Shown here: positions 60,640 through 64,000 of the stretch, in pieces
How positions within the stretch are numbered: position 1 is the stretch's first letter
Layout of the letters: each line of letters opens with the position of its first letter
Position numbers and translations under genes: made by a program
Assembly: GCA_963674595.2 (NCBI GenBank)
Contig: CAXXFV010000008.1
Coordinates: 128,001 to 192,000 of the forward strand
Reading direction: 5' to 3'
DNA length: 64,000 bases
DNA from: a bacterium
GTDB lineage: Bacteria > Zhuqueibacterota > Zhuqueibacteria > Residuimicrobiales > Krinioviventaceae
The notes under the pieces: generated by a model
The model's input: only the letters and a program-made list of their open reading frames with translations
Told to the model about the DNA's origin: nothing
Databases searched by the model: none

Positions 60640-61614
60640 TTAATTGATTTTTACGGGACAGCCGTTTTCAGCTTTACTTTTGTCGGCGGCGTCCATAAAC
60701 TCAAATATATTTATTGTTTCCTGTTGTGAAACAGGCGCTTTTTTTGTTTTAAAAAATGTGATGATTTGTTGTAATAAAGGCGTATAAAGAGAACCATTAC
60801 CCGGTGTTACATATTTCGTACCCTTTTCAAAAAATATTGTAGCGCCGTATCCATGCCCGCCATCTCGTGTTCCGCGAAAAGTCCCGATCCTGCCGTCTTC
60901 CCAGATTCCGGTGACGACATCGGTGTCTTTTGTGGTGGTGCGAGACACGGTTTTACATCCGGCACCCATCACTGTAAATAAAGTTTCAACACCGTGTATA
61001 CCATACCAGAACAGATCAGGATGGTGTGGTTCAAATTTACAGGGACTAAAGGCATCGCACCCTAAAATTTTACCAAGTGATTTATCATTTAATACATCCT
61101 GCAGCTCTTTAAAATAGCGCAAACTGGAAGAACTAAAACACGGTACACCGTCCTCTTTGGCCAGTTTAAATATTTCTTTAACATCTGCCAGAGACCCTCC
61201 CATCGGTTTATCGATAAAAACCGGTTTTTTCGCTTTAATGACCGGCTTAACCTGCTCCAAATGGACACGGCCATCCACACTGGTTAAAATTACAGCATCT
61301 ACTTTGGTCAGTAAGGTTTCAATGTCATTTACAATTTCAACCTTAAGCTCATCTCGGATTTGGGCTGTAAATTTGTCCACACGACTAAAACTGGCCTCAA
61401 CATCCGGGCTGCCCCCCGGGTAGGCACAAACAATCTTTCCCCCTGGGACATAATTTTCATCTGTTGTAAAATTTAATGCTTTAACAAAGGCGGGTGCGTG
61501 CGATGTATCGAGTCCGATAAGGCCTATTTTTATAGGCTCATCGGCTGCCTTGAGATTTTGAACAATAACAGCGCATGAAATGATGCAGGTTAACAGGCAG
61601 AAAAACTCTTTCAT
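60640..61614 (-). CDS. Exported Gfo/Idh/MocA family oxidoreductase
   Basis: Signal peptide; IGLIGLDTSH, DGRVH, FIDKP, SSSLRY, WYGIHGVE. Confidence 0.85.
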   Translation of the reverse strand: MKEFFCLLTCIISCAVIVQNLKAADEPIKIGLIGLDTSHAPAFVKALNFTTDENYVPGGKIVCAYPGGSPDVEASFSRVDKFTAQIRDELKVEIVNDIETLLTKVDAVILTSVDGRVHLEQVKPVIKAKKPVFIDKPMGGSLADVKEIFKLAKEDGVPCFSSSSLRYFKELQDVLNDKSLGKILGCDAFSPCKFEPHHPDLFWYGIHGVETLFTVMGAGCKTVSRTTTKDTDVVTGIWEDGRIGTFRGTRDGGHGYGATIFFEKGTKYVTPGNGSLYTPLLQQIITFFKTKKAPVSQQETINIFEFMDAADKSKAENGCPVKIN

Positions 61615-61723
61615 TTTTTTCCCTTTCAAATAGCTGTGAATTCTTTATTAAATTTAAAAAAAATGAAAGAGGAATCAATGCCTTTTTTAGAAAATTGTAA
61701 AAATTTTCTCCCGTGGATAAATT

Positions 61724-62971
61724 TTAATCACCATAAAAGAAAAGGTCGCTCATTTTACTGCCGATAAGTTCATAGCTTAATGCTTCGAGATAATCTTTAA
61801 GCAAACGGGTAATGAGGAAATTATTACGAATATGTTCTTTACCATTTTTTGCCAGATCTTTACTCAAGCTTGGGTGTTTTATAATCTCAATAACACGGTC
61901 CGCATAACCCTGAAAATCATGTGGGTCCAGCAGATAGCCGCTTTTTTCATCTTCTATTTGAAGCGGGATACCGCCGACATTTGATGCCACAACCGGTGTT
62001 TCTTTCCATAAAGCTTCGGCAACAGTTAAACCGAAACCTTCCCGGATTGATTTTTGAATAATAACAGCAGAGATACGTTGAAGTGCATTGACCAGAATAG
62101 TATTCTCATAAGTAATAAGAATTATATCTTTTGTTTCGAGCATATCATTTGCTTTTTGTTTAACTTTTTCATAAATCTGTACCCCTTCGGGATCATCCGG
62201 CGCCATGCTGCCGGCCAGTACAAGACGGCAGTCAACTTTACGTTTTACCTTTTTAAATACTTCAATAACACCTGCGGGATCTTTCCATTTATCAAATCTT
62301 GATATTTGAGTAATAATGGGTTTGTCTGTGGGAATATCTGCTTTTTTTAGCGCCTTGGCAATTTCCCGTTCCTTGAGGTCCATGTTTTTTGGAGTGAGCG
62401 GATCGATAACCGGATGAATTATTCGCTGTTTTATGGGCAAGTCAGCTTTTTTATAGTCCTGATGCGAAACAACCGCCAGATCATATTTTAAAATAAACCG
62501 TTTTAAAAAATCCCAAAGTTCGGTGTTTGGATGGGAGAGGTCAACATGACAGCGCCAGAACCAGGGTTGATTTTTTTTATAAAAATCGATTAATGGCAAA
62601 GGCTGAGGATCATGAATAATAATGGCATCATAATAGGATAATGATGCATAGGCTGAAAAGGTTTCACTTGCCTGAATATACAATTTCTTTTTAATGGATG
62701 TAAGGTGAATAGGATCACCCTGCAATGCATTGTGAAATTTTTTCGTTATATTAAACAAATCCGGTGTGCCGTGTAATATTCTCCAGTCAGCTTCCAAACC
62801 GGCGCTGTTCATGAGCGGTGTAAGACTGTTAAGCATTTCCGCAACACCGCCACCTAAAAAGGTAGAGTTGATATGCAGAATTCGTTTGTTATATAGTTTA
62901 CGTGCTTTTCTGTATATCTCGGCAATAACAGCGTCACCTACAAATTCACGATAATCTCTTACACTTTTCAT
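61724..62971 (-). CDS. treT: Trehalose synthase (GT4, TreT type)
   Basis: HINST..GGGVAE, TKKFHNALQG, IHDPQP, WRCHVD, QISRFDKWKD, EGFGLTVAEALWK. Confidence 0.88.
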   Translation of the reverse strand: MKSVRDYREFVGDAVIAEIYRKARKLYNKRILHINSTFLGGGVAEMLNSLTPLMNSAGLEADWRILHGTPDLFNITKKFHNALQGDPIHLTSIKKKLYIQASETFSAYASLSYYDAIIIHDPQPLPLIDFYKKNQPWFWRCHVDLSHPNTELWDFLKRFILKYDLAVVSHQDYKKADLPIKQRIIHPVIDPLTPKNMDLKEREIAKALKKADIPTDKPIITQISRFDKWKDPAGVIEVFKKVKRKVDCRLVLAGSMAPDDPEGVQIYEKVKQKANDMLETKDIILITYENTILVNALQRISAVIIQKSIREGFGLTVAEALWKETPVVASNVGGIPLQIEDEKSGYLLDPHDFQGYADRVIEIIKHPSLSKDLAKNGKEHIRNNFLITRLLKDYLEALSYELIGSKMSDLFFYGD

Positions 62972-62972
62972 T

Positions 62973-64000
62973 TTAACCTTCCTTACAAAATTCGCTTAAC
63001 AATTTACGTACGTCTAGATATGAAGTCAAATTAAATCGGGCAGCAGAAGACGTGATTCCTACCTTAATCGAATAGCTGTCTTTGGGCATTACATAAAACA
63101 TATCTTCATCGGTCCGGTCATCACCCATTCCGAGGATAAAGTCCCACTCTTTTTTGTTCAGCCAGTGTTGTGCTGCACGTCCTTTATTGATTTCCACATT
63201 TTTGATTTCGATGACTTTACTTCCTTCAATAACCTGTATATCCGAGTTTTTTGTATATGTAGTCAACGTTTCTGCTAATTCCCGTGCTCTGATTTCCCCC
63301 AAACCGATATCTGCTTTTCGATAATGCCATACAAGAGAATGGTTTTTTTGTTCTACAAGTGCACCGGGTGTCCGTTCAACATATAGTTTAAGGATCGGTA
63401 ATATCTCTTCTATCCATTCCTGGTTTACACTAATATGTGAAATCCATTCCTGATTTTTTTCTTTTATTTGTGCACCGTGTTCGGAAACAATGTTTAGATT
63501 TAACTCTCCAAACCATTCCTGTAAATCTTTTTGATTACGACCGCTGATAATTACAACCTCATTTTTAGGATTTTCGGAAAGAGCCTTTATCAGTTCATAA
63601 ACCTCTTCATCGGGTTTTGCTTTTTCAGGTATATTATGAAATGGAACCAGTGTGCCGTCGTAATCAATCAACAAAAGTCTCTTTTGAGCACGGTAATAGT
63701 GTTGAATAATCTGGTTTTGGTCTTGTTTACTCAGACGATTGTTAAAAAGGTGTTTTTGATGTTCTTTTGTATGTAATAACCGATCCATAAAATCCATTAC
63801 CCATCTGATAATATCATAATGTTTTATCTTTAAATACATTTCCTGGTTTCGTTTTACTTGTTCTTCCGGAGGCATCTCCAGGGCTTGCTTAATGGCATCG
63901 GAAATCTCTTCAGTATTATTCGGATTGATAACAAGGGCTTCTCCCAGCTCAACGGCTGCACCGGCAATTTCACTGAGAACAAGTACACCTTTTTGTCTGT
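62973..64000 (-). CDS. otsAB: Bifunctional trehalose-6-phosphate synthase/phosphatase, C-terminal part
   Basis: Frame open to the window edge: GVLVLSEIAGAA..LVINP (OtsA end) then HAD motifs DYDGTL, ISGR, SEHG, WHYR, NKG, GDDRTDEDMF. Confidence 0.92.
   Translation of the reverse strand, partial: RQKGVLVLSEIAGAAVELGEALVINPNNTEEISDAIKQALEMPPEEQVKRNQEMYLKIKHYDIIRWVMDFMDRLLHTKEHQKHLFNNRLSKQDQNQIIQHYYRAQKRLLLIDYDGTLVPFHNIPEKAKPDEEVYELIKALSENPKNEVVIISGRNQKDLQEWFGELNLNIVSEHGAQIKEKNQEWISHISVNQEWIEEILPILKLYVERTPGALVEQKNHSLVWHYRKADIGLGEIRARELAETLTTYTKNSDIQVIEGSKVIEIKNVEINKGRAAQHWLNKKEWDFILGMGDDRTDEDMFYVMPKDSYSIKVGITSSAARFNLTSYLDVRKLLSEFCKEG

Noticed and set aside
2128-63776. Numerous 60-170 aa ORFs nested in or antisense to long genes
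   Set aside because: No motifs, and they overlap well-supported CDSs; treated as shadow ORFs
1-64000. CRISPR array, tRNA/rRNA, transposase, integrase or phage genes
   Set aside because: No regularly spaced repeats, RNA-gene signatures or mobile-element motifs seen by eye; intergenic gaps are short and non-repetitive

Overview
AT-rich bacterial chromosome segment with no rRNA, tRNA, CRISPR array or recognisable mobile element. A C-terminal 'QNYPNPFN' sorting-type domain, a GWxTD protein and several heparinase II/III genes suggest a KSB1/Calditrichota/FCB-type diderm (inference). In order, the window holds: (1) an amino-sugar/polysaccharide locus (SSS symporter, NagA-like deacetylase, two tandem heparinase II/III paralogs, BASS transporter, Zn-ADH, MBL hydrolase, a third large lyase). 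(2) A ~21 kb minus-strand signalling island: giant PocR-like/PAS/GAF kinase split at an A9 run, an NtrC-type activator, a clear sigma-54 promoter, then REC-HisKA_2, CheW, MCP, porin, MCP, PAS7-HisKA_2 and REC-HisKA_2, with no CheA/CheY/CheR/CheB in the window. (3) A frameshifted esterase, cNMP-binding protein, ribokinase and unknown membrane protein. (4) A frameshifted 2-oxoacid:ferredoxin oxidoreductase converging on an iscA / SPASM radical SAM / B12 radical SAM / ferredoxin operon. (5) rsmF-like, nadA, Omp85, DeoR. (6) Secreted or lipoprotein genes, one with its own sigma-54-like promoter. (7) Metabolic genes ending in treT and a partial otsAB fusion. Four frameshift sites in three genes all look like extra bases in short repeats, so assembly error is the leading explanation. 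The best candidates for undescribed systems are the CheA-less sigma-54 chemosensory island and the twin radical SAM operon.
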